From Paraspadella gotoi (taxonomy: Eukaryota > Animalia > Chaetognatha), in NCBI GenBank assembly GCA_051294375.1, contig CM119264.1, positions 21,671,582-21,735,581 on the forward strand: a stretch of DNA of 64,000 nucleotides, read 5' to 3'. The first letter of the stretch is position 1; each line of letters opens with the position of its first letter. Shown here in pieces: positions 1 through 64,000 of this stretch. Both the position numbers and the translations under genes were made by a program. A model generated the notes under the pieces. It saw only the letters and a list, made by a program, of their open reading frames with translations. It was not told the origin of the DNA and made no database searches.

Positions 1-304
1 TCCCATCTTTCTTTGATCGCTGTCGTCCCACACCATAAACAAATCAAAAGTGGCCGTTTCACTCGTCCCTTTGGATTCAACACCCAACGTTGTCGACAAC
101 ACTAAAGGCCAAACGACCTTTTTCGCGTTCAAGGAGACTCGATGACTCAAAATTCGAATGCTGGGCACATCTTTCACTAACTCTACCTTAAATCTGCTCG
201 TGATATTTTTTTTAAAATACTATTTTAAACTGTCTTTTCTGTTTCAAATCTGCTTCGAGATAAATAGCAATGGTAATATCCGCTTGCAAGACGACTCGAC
301 CCAC

Positions 305-63931
<63,627 letters not shown>

Positions 63932-64000
63932 CTTGTTCTGTTTGGAGATGACAGTTTACATCTCGGACTCAGGATTAACGAAACTATAATGTCCATTTTG

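Overview
Eukaryotic (animal, probably lophotrochozoan/spiralian by inference) genomic DNA with AT-rich, microsatellite-laden introns and GC-rich exons. Almost the whole window is the interior of one minus-strand giant muscle-protein gene of the twitchin/projectin (unc-22, titin-like) family. I traced about 68 exons by hand from 63931 down to 305; both gene ends and the kinase domain lie outside the window. The domain order (four Ig, PEVK/KSP region, Ig, DFRxxL linker, four Ig, then Ig-Fn2-Ig-Fn2-Ig-Fn3-Ig-Fn2-Ig-Fn3) matches what I recall for molluscan catch-muscle twitchin. A complete two-exon alkaline ceramidase gene (15186-16232, plus strand) is nested antisense in a 2.8-kb intron. Notable points: a frame-symmetric exon with PKA-type RRRST sites and a D1-like DWPTL motif; an Ig domain split by a roughly 150-aa insert built largely from three symmetric cassette exons; complementary (GA)n/(CU)n tracts that could fold introns; many atypical splice sites; several tRNA-derived SINEs; and clustered 1-nt frame disruptions that are probably assembly errors. 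All gene structure is manual inference without transcript data.
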